DNA of 64,000 bases from an uncultured Candidatus Saccharibacteria bacterium (GTDB lineage Bacteria; Patescibacteriota; Minisyncoccia; Phycocordibacterales; JAKAEA01): positions 49,962-113,961 of the forward strand of contig CAZHGQ010000001.1 in the NCBI GenBank assembly GCA_964532205.1. Direction: 5' to 3'. How positions within the stretch are numbered: position 1 is the stretch's first letter; every line of letters starts with the position of its first letter. The position numbers and the translations under genes are program-made. Of the stretch, positions 18,937 through 29,495 are shown in pieces. The notes under the pieces are model-generated. The model saw nothing but the letters and a program-made list of their open reading frames with translations. It did not search any database and was not told the DNA's origin.

Positions 18937-19485
18937 ATGACCTTAGACGCACAGATTGAAGCCATATTATTTTGGAAAGGCGAGTCAGTATCACGCAAAA
19001 AACTGGCCTTGCTTTTGGATACATCAGAGGAGAACATCGACCAGGCTCTAACTGACCTTGAAGGTAAGTTGGCTGGCCGTGGTTTACAACTCGTCTTAAA
19101 AGAAGACGAGGTCATGCTTGGTACTCGGGCTGAACTTGGCACATTGATTGAAAAATTGGCCAAAGAGGAGTTGGTGCGCGATTTGGGCAAGGCTGGTTTG
19201 GAAACACTTTCCATTATTTTGTACCGCGGACCAATTGCCCGTCGAGATATCGATTATATTCGTGGCGTAAATTCAAACTTTATTCTGCGCAACTTATTGG
19301 TCCGCGGTTTAGTGGAAAAAGTTACTAATCCCGAAGATCAGCGCGGTTATTTGTACAAACCAACATTTGAATTGCTTTCATATTTAGGTTTGAGTAAAAT
19401 CAGCGATTTACCAGAATACGAGCAGGTGCGAACCGAAATTGAGACTCACCAAGCCGAAGAGAAGACTGAAACGCCAGATGCTTAA
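18937..19485 (+). CDS. scpB: segregation and condensation protein B
   Basis: Tandem winged-helix ScpB pattern; follows scpA. Confidence 0.85.
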   Translation: MTLDAQIEAILFWKGESVSRKKLALLLDTSEENIDQALTDLEGKLAGRGLQLVLKEDEVMLGTRAELGTLIEKLAKEELVRDLGKAGLETLSIILYRGPIARRDIDYIRGVNSNFILRNLLVRGLVEKVTNPEDQRGYLYKPTFELLSYLGLSKISDLPEYEQVRTEIETHQAEEKTETPDA

Positions 19486-20428
19486 CGAACGTTCACAATC
19501 ATTTATTTCTGCCATTATCTTGGCGCTGTTTATAGCCGGCGGTCTTTTGGTATTTCCAACACAGACAGTGAAGATCGCGAACGAAGCCACGTTGGCGAGT
19601 GTCGTCGAGACTACACCTGTGCAGAAATTAAATCCATTTGAAGAACAACCACTCATTGCTCGTTCAGCTTATGTTTACGATGTTACCAGTCGGACAGAGC
19701 TCTACTCAAAAAATGGCTCAGAGGCTTTGCCCTTAGCTTCTTTAACAAAAGTCATGACAACCATGGTCGCTGCTGAGGCGGCTTCCTCGTCGGCCATGGT
19801 AGTTATTCATCATGAGGACTTGGCTCAGGACGGTGACAGTGGTTTGTATGGTGAAGAAAAGTGGCAATTGTCAGATTTACTCAAATACACACTCATTGTT
19901 TCCTCAAATGACGGGGCATCAGCTGTGGCTGCCTCAGTCGGTGCGCTCAATCAGGGTGAAAATTCAACCGAGACAAGCAAACAATATTTTGTTCGTCTCA
20001 TGAACCAGAAAGCTCAAGATTTTTCCTTGACCAGTATGCGCTTCTATAATGAATCAGGATTAGATGTCTCTGAAAATCAAGCTGGTGCCTATGGTTCAGC
20101 CAAAGACGTGGCTAAACTTTTAGCTCATGCTGTCATCGCTCATCCGGACATTTTTTCCGTAACCCGTTTTCCTGAATTAACCCTGACTTCAGAAAGTCAC
20201 ATTACTCACAAAGCGATTAACACAGACATTTTGACATCAACGGTTGATAATCTGGTAGCCGGCAAAACTGGTTATACAGTGTTGGCAGGAGGTAATTTGG
20301 CCGTAGCCTTTACAGCCTCAAACGGACACATCATTATTGCCAGCGTATTGGGTTCAACATATGACGGCCGCTTTAGTGATGTCCACAGCTTAATTGAAGC
20401 TGCGAATAAAACCTTAGCTGAGTTATAA
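19478..20428 (+). CDS. D-alanyl-D-alanine carboxypeptidase (S11 family, PBP5-like)
   Basis: SxxK (ASLTKVMT), SxN (VSSNDGA), KTG (GKTGYT) motifs; N-terminal TM/signal. ATG at 19478 preferred over the track start, which overlaps scpB by 47 nt. Confidence 0.8.
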   Translation: MLNERSQSFISAIILALFIAGGLLVFPTQTVKIANEATLASVVETTPVQKLNPFEEQPLIARSAYVYDVTSRTELYSKNGSEALPLASLTKVMTTMVAAEAASSSAMVVIHHEDLAQDGDSGLYGEEKWQLSDLLKYTLIVSSNDGASAVAASVGALNQGENSTETSKQYFVRLMNQKAQDFSLTSMRFYNESGLDVSENQAGAYGSAKDVAKLLAHAVIAHPDIFSVTRFPELTLTSESHITHKAINTDILTSTVDNLVAGKTGYTVLAGGNLAVAFTASNGHIIIASVLGSTYDGRFSDVHSLIEAANKTLAEL

Positions 20429-20435
20429 TACGACC

Positions 20436-21509
20436 ATGATCCTCGACCTTATTAAACTTTTTATCCCTGGTACTACTGCTTTCATAATCGGTTTTTTAAT
20501 TACACCGTTTCTGACTCATTACTTATATAAGTATCAGATGTGGAAGAAAAAGGCCGGCAAGATTGCTCCGGACGGTCGCGAGACACCAATTTTTAATGAA
20601 CTTCATAAAGACAAAGAGGTTGGCACGCCAAAAATGGGTGGTATTGTTATTTGGCTGAGTGTCTTTGTTACCATTTCAATCTTTTGGGCTATTTCACATG
20701 TCTTTGGTATTACTACAGCTCAAAAGTTTGACTTCTTGAGTCGAAGTCAGACCTGGATTCCATTGGGCACGCTCTTGTTCGGCGCATGTGTTGGTTTGCT
20801 TGATGACTATTTAGATATTGTCGGTTCCCGTGACAATTTAGCTGGTGGTTTGTCATTTAAAAAAAGAATTTTGGCGGTTTCAATTATTGGTTTTATTTGT
20901 GCTTTGTGGTTTTACTTTAAACTCGGTGTAGCTGAAATCGGTTTGCCATTTGATCAAGTTATCCCGCTTGGTATTTTATTTATTCCTTTCTTTACGCTTG
21001 TGGTGGCCGCTTTGTATTCAGGTGGAGTAATTGACGGTATTGATGGTTTAGCTGGTGGGGTATTTGCCAGTATTTTCTTGGCATACGGTGTTATTGCTTT
21101 CTTTCAACAACAAATTGATTTGGCCGCATTTTGTTTTGTGGTAGTCGGTAGTATCTTGGCCTTTTTGTGGTTCAATATTCCGCCGGCCAGGTTTTACATG
21201 TCCGAGACGGGCAGTATGAGTCTCACGGTAACACTAGCAGTCGTGGCTTTCATGACCGACTCCCTGGCCGGCGGCTACGGTATCCTCATGTTACCAGTCA
21301 TCGCCTTACCCCTTGTCCTCACTTCCGCTTCTGTCATCGTGCAATTACTTTCAAAGAAATTTCGTAATGGTCAGAAAGTCTTCTTGGTTGCACCTCTGCA
21401 TCATCATTACGAAGCTCTCGGCTGGCCGGCATATAAAGTCACGATGCGATACTGGATTATTAGTTTGGTGGTAGCCAGTTTAGGCATCATCTTAGCGCTC
21501 ATCGGCTAA
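20436..21509 (+). CDS. mraY: phospho-N-acetylmuramoyl-pentapeptide transferase
   Basis: 10-TM protein with GTPKMGG and DD motifs of MraY; followed by ftsW and murG. Confidence 0.88.
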   Translation: MILDLIKLFIPGTTAFIIGFLITPFLTHYLYKYQMWKKKAGKIAPDGRETPIFNELHKDKEVGTPKMGGIVIWLSVFVTISIFWAISHVFGITTAQKFDFLSRSQTWIPLGTLLFGACVGLLDDYLDIVGSRDNLAGGLSFKKRILAVSIIGFICALWFYFKLGVAEIGLPFDQVIPLGILFIPFFTLVVAALYSGGVIDGIDGLAGGVFASIFLAYGVIAFFQQQIDLAAFCFVVVGSILAFLWFNIPPARFYMSETGSMSLTVTLAVVAFMTDSLAGGYGILMLPVIALPLVLTSASVIVQLLSKKFRNGQKVFLVAPLHHHYEALGWPAYKVTMRYWIISLVVASLGIILALIG

Positions 21510-22609
21510 TGCGAACAAAAAACAAGCTCGACAAAATGTTGGTTCTGTTAACTCTGCTTCTGGTAGCAGCTGGTTTTTTTATTTTCAGTTCAGCCTCATT
21601 GGGTTTGTTGGCGCGAGAGGGTATTAGTTATTCCGGTGTGGCCCTTAAACAATTTTTAGTTGGATTTATTGTTGGTGGAATTGTCCTCATTAGCGTAGCC
21701 AATATCCCGTACAAGTTTTGGCAGCGTCATGCATTTTATATTTTCCTCAGCACTATTATTCTCTGTATCGGCGTTTTTATTCCACATATCGGCTTCGCTC
21801 ACGGTGGTGCTCACCGCTGGATCAACATTGGTTCATACACCTTTCAACCTTCTGAATTATTAAAAATCGGTGCCATTATTTACTTTGCAGCTTGGCTTTC
21901 GGCCACCAAAGATGGGGTAAAAAGTTTTAAATTTGGCGCTTTACCCCTCTATATCATAATAGGTATAACAGGCGCCCTACTTCTCAAACAACCCGATACA
22001 GGCACGTTTATGGTCATTTTTGCCGCTCTGGTGGCCATGTTTGTCAGTGCCGGCGGCCGTTGGCGCCATCTCGGCCTGCTGTTTCTGGCCTGTCTCATCG
22101 GCTTTGCTATATTGGCCATGATCCGACCATATTTTATGGCTCGATTTACCACATTTCTAGATCCATCACACGATGCCTTAGGTTCAGGTTACCAAATTCA
22201 ACAATCACTGATTGCCATTGGCTCGGGTGGGCTTATCGGCCGCGGTTTTGGTCAAAGTATTCAAAAATTTAACTTCTTACCTGAACCAATTGGTGACTCA
22301 ATCTTTGCTGTTATGTCTGAGGAGTTCGGTTTCATTGGTGGCGTGACGTTAATTGTCCTGTTTGTGGCATTTGCCATGCGTGGCTTTAAAATTGCCGCCA
22401 GAATTAATGATTCATTTGGTATGTTGATGGTCGTTGGACTCATTACCGCTATCACTGCTCAAGCCTTTATTAATATTGGTTCAATGTTAAGCGTGCTGCC
22501 GTTAACAGGTATTCCGTTAACATTCGTAAGTCATGGTGGTACAGCCATGCTCGTCGCCTTGGCGGAAGTTGGCATGGTGCTTAATATTTCAAAAATTCAG
22601 AAGTCTTAG
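21509..22609 (+). CDS. ftsW: SEDS-family peptidoglycan glycosyltransferase FtsW/RodA
   Basis: Polytopic membrane protein with SEDS motifs, between mraY and murG. Confidence 0.85.
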   Translation: MRTKNKLDKMLVLLTLLLVAAGFFIFSSASLGLLAREGISYSGVALKQFLVGFIVGGIVLISVANIPYKFWQRHAFYIFLSTIILCIGVFIPHIGFAHGGAHRWINIGSYTFQPSELLKIGAIIYFAAWLSATKDGVKSFKFGALPLYIIIGITGALLLKQPDTGTFMVIFAALVAMFVSAGGRWRHLGLLFLACLIGFAILAMIRPYFMARFTTFLDPSHDALGSGYQIQQSLIAIGSGGLIGRGFGQSIQKFNFLPEPIGDSIFAVMSEEFGFIGGVTLIVLFVAFAMRGFKIAARINDSFGMLMVVGLITAITAQAFINIGSMLSVLPLTGIPLTFVSHGGTAMLVALAEVGMVLNISKIQKS

Positions 22610-22621
22610 TATACTTAGAAT

Positions 22622-23749
22622 ATGAAAATTTTGCTTACCGGTGGCGGCACAGGCGGCCATTTCTTTCCAATCATTGCTGTGGCAGATGGTATTCGTGATG
22701 TGGCCAAAAAAAATCACATCGCCGATGTGAAGCTTTATTATATGGCACCTCAGCCATACGATGAGCGAGCACTTTATAATGCTCAGGTGACATTTTTGAA
22801 AACTTCGGCCGGTAAACGTCGTCGCTATTTTTCTTTGCTTAATTATATCGATTTGTTTAGAACAGGCTGGGGACTACTCAGGGCCTTGCGCACCATGTAT
22901 TCAATTTATCCCGATGTAGTGTTTAGTAAGGGTGGCTATGTCAGTTTTCCCGCTTTGTTTGCTGCTCGTTTCTTTGGCATACCGGTCATCATTCATGAAT
23001 CAGACTCTATACCGGGTCGAGTAAATACCTGGTCAGCACGATTTGCTCGCAAAATTGCTATTTCGTATCCACAAGCCGCAGACTTTTTCCCTAAAGATAA
23101 AGTTGTTTACACTGGTAATCCAATCCGTAAAGATTTACTCCACGCGGCAGCAGATGGTGGCCATGCCTATTTCAATTTGGAATCAACCACACCAACAATT
23201 TTAATTTTGGGTGGTTCACAGGGCGCTCAGTTTATTAATGAAAATATTGCCGATGTTTTACCTGATTTAGTTGAGAAATATCAAGTTATTCACCAGACCG
23301 GTCAAGCAAATTTTCTATTAGCCAAAGAAACTGCCAAAGTTGTTTTGCAAAACAGTCAGCACAAGGAACGCTATAAGCCGTACGCCAATTTGGATACATT
23401 GGCCTTGCGTATGGCTGCCGGCGCGGCTTCTTTAATAGTGTCGCGCGCCGGCAGCACCATTTTCGAAATTGCGGTCTGGGGTGTACCAACCATCCTTATT
23501 CCGATTACTGACTCAAATGGTGATCACCAACGTAAAAATGCCTACAGTTACGCCCGTACCGGTGCGGCGATTGTCATTGAAGAAAACAATTTAACGCCGC
23601 ATTTACTTTTATCCGAGATCACTCGTATTATTAGTGATCAAGACGATAGAGCAAAGATGCATGAGGCCGCTAGACAATTTGCCCACACTGACGCTGCTGA
23701 AAAAATTGCTGAGGAGCTCATTGCGATTGGTCTAGAGCATGAGCAATAA
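22622..23749 (+). CDS. murG: undecaprenyldiphospho-muramoylpentapeptide beta-N-acetylglucosaminyltransferase
   Basis: N-terminal KILLTGGGTGGHFFP G-loop and C-terminal GT-B domain. Confidence 0.9.
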   Translation: MKILLTGGGTGGHFFPIIAVADGIRDVAKKNHIADVKLYYMAPQPYDERALYNAQVTFLKTSAGKRRRYFSLLNYIDLFRTGWGLLRALRTMYSIYPDVVFSKGGYVSFPALFAARFFGIPVIIHESDSIPGRVNTWSARFARKIAISYPQAADFFPKDKVVYTGNPIRKDLLHAAADGGHAYFNLESTTPTILILGGSQGAQFINENIADVLPDLVEKYQVIHQTGQANFLLAKETAKVVLQNSQHKERYKPYANLDTLALRMAAGAASLIVSRAGSTIFEIAVWGVPTILIPITDSNGDHQRKNAYSYARTGAAIVIEENNLTPHLLLSEITRIISDQDDRAKMHEAARQFAHTDAAEKIAEELIAIGLEHEQ

Positions 23750-25016
23750 CTATTACCTAACAATTTTACTGTCGCTAACTCTTGTTTTTGGAACAGGCCG
23801 GTTTATGTTGGCCCAAAACGTCGATCAATTGCAACAAAAAATCAACGAGCATAATACGACTATCCAACAACTTAATGCTGAAATTGATAAGTATCAGTCA
23901 GAGCTAAACAAAACCTCAGCCCAGGCCAAAACTTTGCAAAATGCCGTAAAGACTTTGGACTTAACCAGCAAAAAACTCAACACCGATCTTAAAGTTACAA
24001 ACGAAAAAATCAATTCAGCTACATTACAATTAAAACAACTTTCCAACGACATCAACGCCAAATCATCGGCCATTGATAAAAATAAAGCAGCACTTTCTGA
24101 GGCAGTTCGTTCACTTTCTGAGGCAGATCAAGCTTCGTTTATTGAAACCTTATTAACATACGACAATATTTCTACCTTTTGGAATCACGTCACCACCCTT
24201 GAACAATTTCAAACCGAGGTGGCCGATAAAGTTAACCAGCTCAAGGAACTCAAACAGGGCTTAGAAACAAACAAACAAAAGACTGAATCAAAAAAAGTTG
24301 AACTGACTTCACTCCAAGGTCAACTGTCAGATCAAAAACAGTCTGTTGAGGTGACAAAATCTACCAAGACCCAGTTGTTAACTGAAACAAAAAACAAAGA
24401 ATCAAATTATCAAAAGATTTTGACAGACAAATTGGCGACTAAGGCAGCCTTGGAAAAAGAGTTGTCACAATACGAATCACAACTCAAGCTTATTATTGAT
24501 CCGAACAGTATCCCAAAAGTTAAAGCCGGTATTTTGACCTGGCCAACCGTAAGTCGTATCGTAACCCAAGAATTCGGTGATACAGATTTTGCTCGTAAAC
24601 ATACACAAGCCTACAATGGTAAAGGTCACAACGGTATTGATATTGCCGCCTCCATCGGTGCAGCCATCTACTCTGCCCAAAATGGCGTGGTGAAGGGTAC
24701 AGGTAACACTGACACGGCTTGTCCGGGCGCCTCATTCGGCAAATGGATTTTGGTTGAACACCCAAATGGCCTTTCAACACTTTACTCTCACTTGTCAGTC
24801 ATCAAAGTTTCGGCTGGCCAAACAGTGGCCGCCGGTGAAACAATTGGCTTGGCCGGCATCACCGGCTATGCCACCGGCCCCCATCTACACTTTACTGTGT
24901 ATGCCAGCGAAGGTGTGCGTATCATCAGCCGGCCAAGCGCTGCGTGTGGCGGCCGAACATACACATTACCGGTAGCCGATTTAAAGGCCTACATTAACCC
25001 TATGCTATACTTATAG
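23739..25016 (+). CDS. coiled-coil M23 (LytM-domain) peptidase, EnvC-like
   Basis: Signal peptide, long coiled coil, C-terminal HNGIDIA...GYATGPHLHFTVY M23 motifs. Confidence 0.8.
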   Translation: MSNNYYLTILLSLTLVFGTGRFMLAQNVDQLQQKINEHNTTIQQLNAEIDKYQSELNKTSAQAKTLQNAVKTLDLTSKKLNTDLKVTNEKINSATLQLKQLSNDINAKSSAIDKNKAALSEAVRSLSEADQASFIETLLTYDNISTFWNHVTTLEQFQTEVADKVNQLKELKQGLETNKQKTESKKVELTSLQGQLSDQKQSVEVTKSTKTQLLTETKNKESNYQKILTDKLATKAALEKELSQYESQLKLIIDPNSIPKVKAGILTWPTVSRIVTQEFGDTDFARKHTQAYNGKGHNGIDIAASIGAAIYSAQNGVVKGTGNTDTACPGASFGKWILVEHPNGLSTLYSHLSVIKVSAGQTVAAGETIGLAGITGYATGPHLHFTVYASEGVRIISRPSAACGGRTYTLPVADLKAYINPMLYL

Positions 25017-25017
25017 T

Positions 25018-25224
25018 ATGAAACAACGGGGCTTCATAAATACCATTGTCCTGATTGTCCTGGCACTTATTGTACTCGGCTACTACCATATAGATATTAA
25101 AACAATTCTCCAAGATCCTTTGGTTAGAAGTAATTTGGAGTACACTCGAGATCAAGTCTTACAATTAGCCCGCGATGCTTGGGCAGTAGTTTTTGCTAAC
25201 GTTAAATACTATTTAAATCTTTAA
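25018..25224 (+). CDS. small hypothetical membrane protein (doubtful)
   Basis: 68-aa ORF with one TM helix; no SD. Confidence 0.25.
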   Translation: MKQRGFINTIVLIVLALIVLGYYHIDIKTILQDPLVRSNLEYTRDQVLQLARDAWAVVFANVKYYLNL

Positions 25225-25720
25225 CGTACAGTGGCTTGAGCCACAAAATATAAATATTTACGATTATGAATCCGGCGGTCCACACCCAGACCGCTTCTTG
25301 TATGTGTAACATCACGACACAGAACCAAATAATGAGTGCACCAACAAAACCCAGGCCGTCAATTATTTTTTTACGAAACAAAAGTCGGGGTGAAGAAAAG
25401 TCAGCCGGCAATATAAAATACTTAATAAGAGCAAAACCGAACAATACCACAGTCAACGTTAAGGTCGTTGGAACGTCGGCCAAATACCAAGCCAAGATGG
25501 AGTAGGTAATAACTAACAACGCATCAATTATATTTTGACTGATAGACCATGGATTCGTAAGTGCGGCAAAAACTTTAATCGAATAGTAGGTATTAAGACA
25601 TAACACAGCGTAAAAAAGAGTTAGAACTAGTGGCGGAGTGAGATCAAATACCACACTGCGGTATGATGCTAAAACCAAGAAAAACAAACTGACAAGCAAG
25701 GCTTTAAGAGACGATGACAT
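25202..25720 (-). CDS. hypothetical polytopic membrane protein
   Basis: 172 aa, about 5 hydrophobic helices. Confidence 0.5.
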   Translation of the reverse strand: MSSSLKALLVSLFFLVLASYRSVVFDLTPPLVLTLFYAVLCLNTYYSIKVFAALTNPWSISQNIIDALLVITYSILAWYLADVPTTLTLTVVLFGFALIKYFILPADFSSPRLLFRKKIIDGLGFVGALIIWFCVVMLHIQEAVWVWTAGFIIVNIYILWLKPLYVKDLNSI

Positions 25721-25722
25721 AG

Positions 25723-26454
25723 TTATGAAGAATATGGTTTGTGATAAATAACCTCTGATAAAAAGTTGGCGGCATACAAGTACGCGGTTTTAAGGAAGCC
25801 TTGGTGTTTAAAACGGCGCGCCGATGAACCAACGGTAAAACCCATGTGAAATTCAACATCACCACCGCGAGCTTTAAGCCGGCGCGCCGTGTCTGTATCA
25901 TCCCCGTAAAATAAAATTGAAGCATCAAAGCCACCGATTTCATCAAAGGCCGTTTTTTTAATTGCGACATTGCCACATAAAATCATGTAACCCACCACCA
26001 GATATGTAAGTGGTGCCGAACTGTACCACATGATTTTTAGCATTGTATTAAGCTAAAAACCGGCATCATAATATGTGTATGGGCCACTGACCGAAACCAA
26101 GCGGGGATTGCGTTGGTAGTAACGAGCTACATTTAAAAACCATTGCACATCAACTTTTACGTCAGCATCAAAAAAGGCGATCACATCACAATCGCCAACT
26201 GCCAAATAACCTGTTTGTCGTGCCTGATTGGCACCCTTACGTGGTTCATCAATAACAGTCACGCCATATGAACGGGCAATGGTGCCAGTCGCATCAGTAC
26301 TATTACTGTTAACAACTATTATTTCTGAACACTCAATGTCAGCCGGCAATGCTTTAATACTTGCTTGCAAAGAGGTAAGACAAGCACCGATATAGCGTTC
26401 TTCATTATGGGCGGGGATCACAACCGATAGTTTCATGGCCTTAATAGTAAACAA
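25723..26454 (-). pseudogene. family 2 glycosyltransferase interrupted by a single in-frame TAG (plus 26053-26055)
   Basis: Two ORFs in the same frame read ...YYDAGF-stop-LNTMLKIMWYSS.... The upstream part carries the GT2 N-terminus (VVIPAHNEE...DAD); the downstream part continues GT2 homology (GGFD...). Confidence 0.6.
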
Positions 26455-26490
26455 AAAAGTGACTCTGCGCTATACTTTAACCACATATCT

Positions 26491-27075
26491 ATGGATATCA
26501 TTGCTCTTATCTTAGCCTACCGCTATTTCATCATTGTACCACTGACACTTATCGAAGGACCGATTGTTATGATGGTGGCCGGGGTCTTGTTGGGTCTAGG
26601 CTATTTTGATTTTTGGATTTTGTACGCAGTGTTAATAGCCAGTGATTTACTCGCTGATATTATTTGGTATTGGCTCGGTTATCATTATGGTTATCGATTT
26701 ATGGCTCGCTACGGTAAGTATGTAAGTATTGAGGAAAAAGAAATTTCTGCTGTCCGCCGATTGTTCCACCGTTATCATGATCGAATTTTATTGATCTCAA
26801 AGTTGACTATGGGTTTCGGTTTTGCCGTGGTTACACTTTTTACTGCCGGCTTAAGTCATGTGCCGTTTAAAAAATACTTAATGCTTAATTTCTTGGGCCA
26901 ACTTGTCTGGACAGCTGTGTTGATGGGTATCGGTTATTATTTGGGTAATTACTATTTACGAGTCAATAATGTTTTTGGTTTTGTTTCGACTGCTGCTATT
27001 ATTGTATTAGTCTTTTTAGCATTAATCGGCTTTGGTCGTTATCTCAAGAAGCGTACCATGAGCGAAATGTCATGA
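26491..27075 (+). CDS. DedA / VTT-domain membrane protein
   Basis: Typical DedA N-terminus and glycine-rich TM core. Confidence 0.8.
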   Translation: MDIIALILAYRYFIIVPLTLIEGPIVMMVAGVLLGLGYFDFWILYAVLIASDLLADIIWYWLGYHYGYRFMARYGKYVSIEEKEISAVRRLFHRYHDRILLISKLTMGFGFAVVTLFTAGLSHVPFKKYLMLNFLGQLVWTAVLMGIGYYLGNYYLRVNNVFGFVSTAAIIVLVFLALIGFGRYLKKRTMSEMS

Positions 27076-27797
27076 TCTCAATTATTATCCCGGTTCTCAA
27101 TGAAGAAAAAATTATTGGCGAAACGCTTCGCAAGCTTCGTGCTGGTTTAATGGGTCTTGAATATGAATTAATTGTTTCTGACGGTCATAGCACCGACAGA
27201 ACCGTGGAAATTGCTCGCCAGTATGCCGATCACGTCTTGGTGCACGATGGCAAGACTCGGCAGACCATAGCTCAGGGTAGAAATGTCGGAGGTCGAGCGG
27301 CGCGCGGGGAATTTTTAGTTTTCTTAGACGCCGACTGCTCAATCCCGCGCGCCGCCCAATTCCTAAATCATGCCCTCAACCGTTTTGCCACAGATCCGAA
27401 ACTAACCGGTTTAAATACCTGGCTGATTGTTGACCCAAGCATAGCCAACCATCGCGACGTCTTTTTTTCCTGGTTGGTAAATATTGTCTATGCAACCTGG
27501 AATAATATTTTTCATTTACCAGTTTCCGGTGGTGAATTTCAAATGATGCGCAAGCAAACATTTTTAGCGCTGGGTGGCTACCGTGAAGACTTAGTCTGTT
27601 CTGAAGACTATGATTTGTTTCGTCGCTTAGCTAAACTCGGTCACGTGCGCATGGAAACAAAGTACGAGGTCTGGCAAACTGGCCGCCGCGCACGCAAAGT
27701 CGGTTGGATTCGCATGATCAGCAGCTGGATGATTAACTCTGTCTGGTATTTCTTTTTTAAAAAATCTCTGGCCAAGGAGTGGACAGTCGTGCGCTAA
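27072..27797 (+). CDS. family 2 glycosyltransferase
   Basis: ISIIIPVLNEEK start, DxD region FLDADC. Confidence 0.8.
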   Translation: MISIIIPVLNEEKIIGETLRKLRAGLMGLEYELIVSDGHSTDRTVEIARQYADHVLVHDGKTRQTIAQGRNVGGRAARGEFLVFLDADCSIPRAAQFLNHALNRFATDPKLTGLNTWLIVDPSIANHRDVFFSWLVNIVYATWNNIFHLPVSGGEFQMMRKQTFLALGGYREDLVCSEDYDLFRRLAKLGHVRMETKYEVWQTGRRARKVGWIRMISSWMINSVWYFFFKKSLAKEWTVVR

Positions 27798-27830
27798 CCT
27801 GTGCTATAGTTATACTCATAATATTATTTT

Positions 27831-29480
27831 ATGGACGAGTTTATCGCCAAGCTTACAACCCGTTTTACGGGCGACATTGCTTATGACGAAGCCAGTCTCG
27901 AGCGTTACAGCCGTGATGCGAGCTTGTTTAAAGTAAAACCCCAACTCGTTGTCTTTCCCAAAACTGTTGCCGACATTAAATCACTCGTTCAACTCATCAA
28001 TGAAGAGCGGACACTCGGACACTCATATAGTTTAACCGCCCGTTCAGCTGGCACAGACATGACCGGCGGACCACTGAGTGAATCAATTGTTGTTGAATTC
28101 ACAAAATATTTTAACCACGTCAAAGAAATCGGCAGTGATTATGCAATTACCGAACCCGGCGTCTACTATCGCGACTTTGATAAATTAACCAAAATCAAAG
28201 TTGGGAAAATTTTACCTTCATATCCAGCTTCACGTGAACTGTGTACCGTCGGCGGCATGGTGGCCAATAATTCGGGTGGTGAAAAGAATTTACTCTACGG
28301 TAAAACTGAAAACTATGTTCAGGAACTCAAAATGGTTTTGCGAGACGGTGAAGAATATATTTTCCGTCCGCTGAGCTTAGATGAATTGGAACTAAAAAAG
28401 AGCTTGCAAACAGCCGAAGGTGAAGTCTACCGTAAATTAGCTGATTTAATCCAGGGCAATGATGAGCTTCTTAAAAAATCTAAACCGCATGTCTCTAAAA
28501 ATTCAGCCGGCTATTATTTGTGGAACGTCTTTGATAAAGACAAAAAAATATTTGATCCGACCAAACTTATCGTCGGCTCACAAGGTACACTGGGTATCAT
28601 TACTGAAATAAAATTTAAATTAGTAAAACCTCGCACGCATTCACAATTACTTGTTGTTTTCTTAAAAGATATGAAACGTTTGGGTGACATTACCAATGTA
28701 ATTTTGGCCCACAAACCAGAAAGTTTAGAATCATATGACGACCACACATTTAAATTGGCCGTAAAACTCTTTCCTCAAATGATTGCTCGCATGAAAGGTA
28801 ATTTTCTAACCCTGATGTGGCGTTTCTTACCAGAATTTTGGGCCGTCCTCACCGGTGGCGTGCCAAAGTTACTTGTTATGGCTGAATTTACGTCAGATAC
28901 AGACGTTGATGCACTAGCTCAGGCTATTGAAGCCGAAAAATCACTCAAAGCCTTTAATCTAAGAACTCATGTCACCTCATCAGCTGATGAAGTAACCAAA
29001 TACTGGATTATCCGCCGCGAAAGCTTCAACATGCTACGCAAGCACGTGAAGGAATTACGTACCGCACCATTCATTGACGATTTTGTGGTACTGCCAGAAT
29101 TACTGCCAGAATTTTTACCAAAACTCTATAGTATCCTTGATGAATACAGCATTATCTATACGGTGGCTGGCCATGTAGGGGATGGTAATTTTCACATTAT
29201 TCCGCTCATGGACATGCATAAAGCTAGTTCAAAAAAGATCATTACTGAATTAATTGAGAGAGTGAATTCATTGGTTATTGAATACAAGGGTTCGATTACC
29301 GGTGAGCATAATGATGGTATTGTTCGCACACCGTATCTGGAAAAAATGTATGGTCCAGAAATGTACAATCTTTTTAAAGAAACAAAGGCAATCTTTGATC
29401 CACAATTAATTTTTAACCCTGGTAAGAAAGTGGGTGGTACTTGGGATTATGCACTAAAACATATGGATTCTGGTTTGTAA
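27831..29480 (+). CDS. FAD-linked oxidase (PCMH-type FAD-binding, GlcD / D-lactate dehydrogenase-like)
   Basis: N-terminal FAD_binding_4 motifs (VVFPKTVADIKSLV...ARSAGTDMTGG) and a C-terminal FAD-oxidase domain. Confidence 0.8.
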   Translation: MDEFIAKLTTRFTGDIAYDEASLERYSRDASLFKVKPQLVVFPKTVADIKSLVQLINEERTLGHSYSLTARSAGTDMTGGPLSESIVVEFTKYFNHVKEIGSDYAITEPGVYYRDFDKLTKIKVGKILPSYPASRELCTVGGMVANNSGGEKNLLYGKTENYVQELKMVLRDGEEYIFRPLSLDELELKKSLQTAEGEVYRKLADLIQGNDELLKKSKPHVSKNSAGYYLWNVFDKDKKIFDPTKLIVGSQGTLGIITEIKFKLVKPRTHSQLLVVFLKDMKRLGDITNVILAHKPESLESYDDHTFKLAVKLFPQMIARMKGNFLTLMWRFLPEFWAVLTGGVPKLLVMAEFTSDTDVDALAQAIEAEKSLKAFNLRTHVTSSADEVTKYWIIRRESFNMLRKHVKELRTAPFIDDFVVLPELLPEFLPKLYSILDEYSIIYTVAGHVGDGNFHIIPLMDMHKASSKKIITELIERVNSLVIEYKGSITGEHNDGIVRTPYLEKMYGPEMYNLFKETKAIFDPQLIFNPGKKVGGTWDYALKHMDSGL

Positions 29481-29495
29481 ATGTAATGGGGTGCT

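Noticed and set aside
19478-19500. GAACGTTC near the start of the carboxypeptidase gene as a LexA box
   Set aside because: It lacks the 4-nt spacer of the Cheo consensus (GAAC-N4-GTTC) and lies inside coding sequence.
25723-26454. Stop-codon reassignment (TAG read as sense) to explain the split GT2
   Set aside because: TAG is used as a genuine terminator elsewhere (dnaB ends with TAG, and the upstream GT2 fragment's own stop is the TAG). No other gene shows in-frame TAG or TGA, so genome-wide recoding is unlikely.
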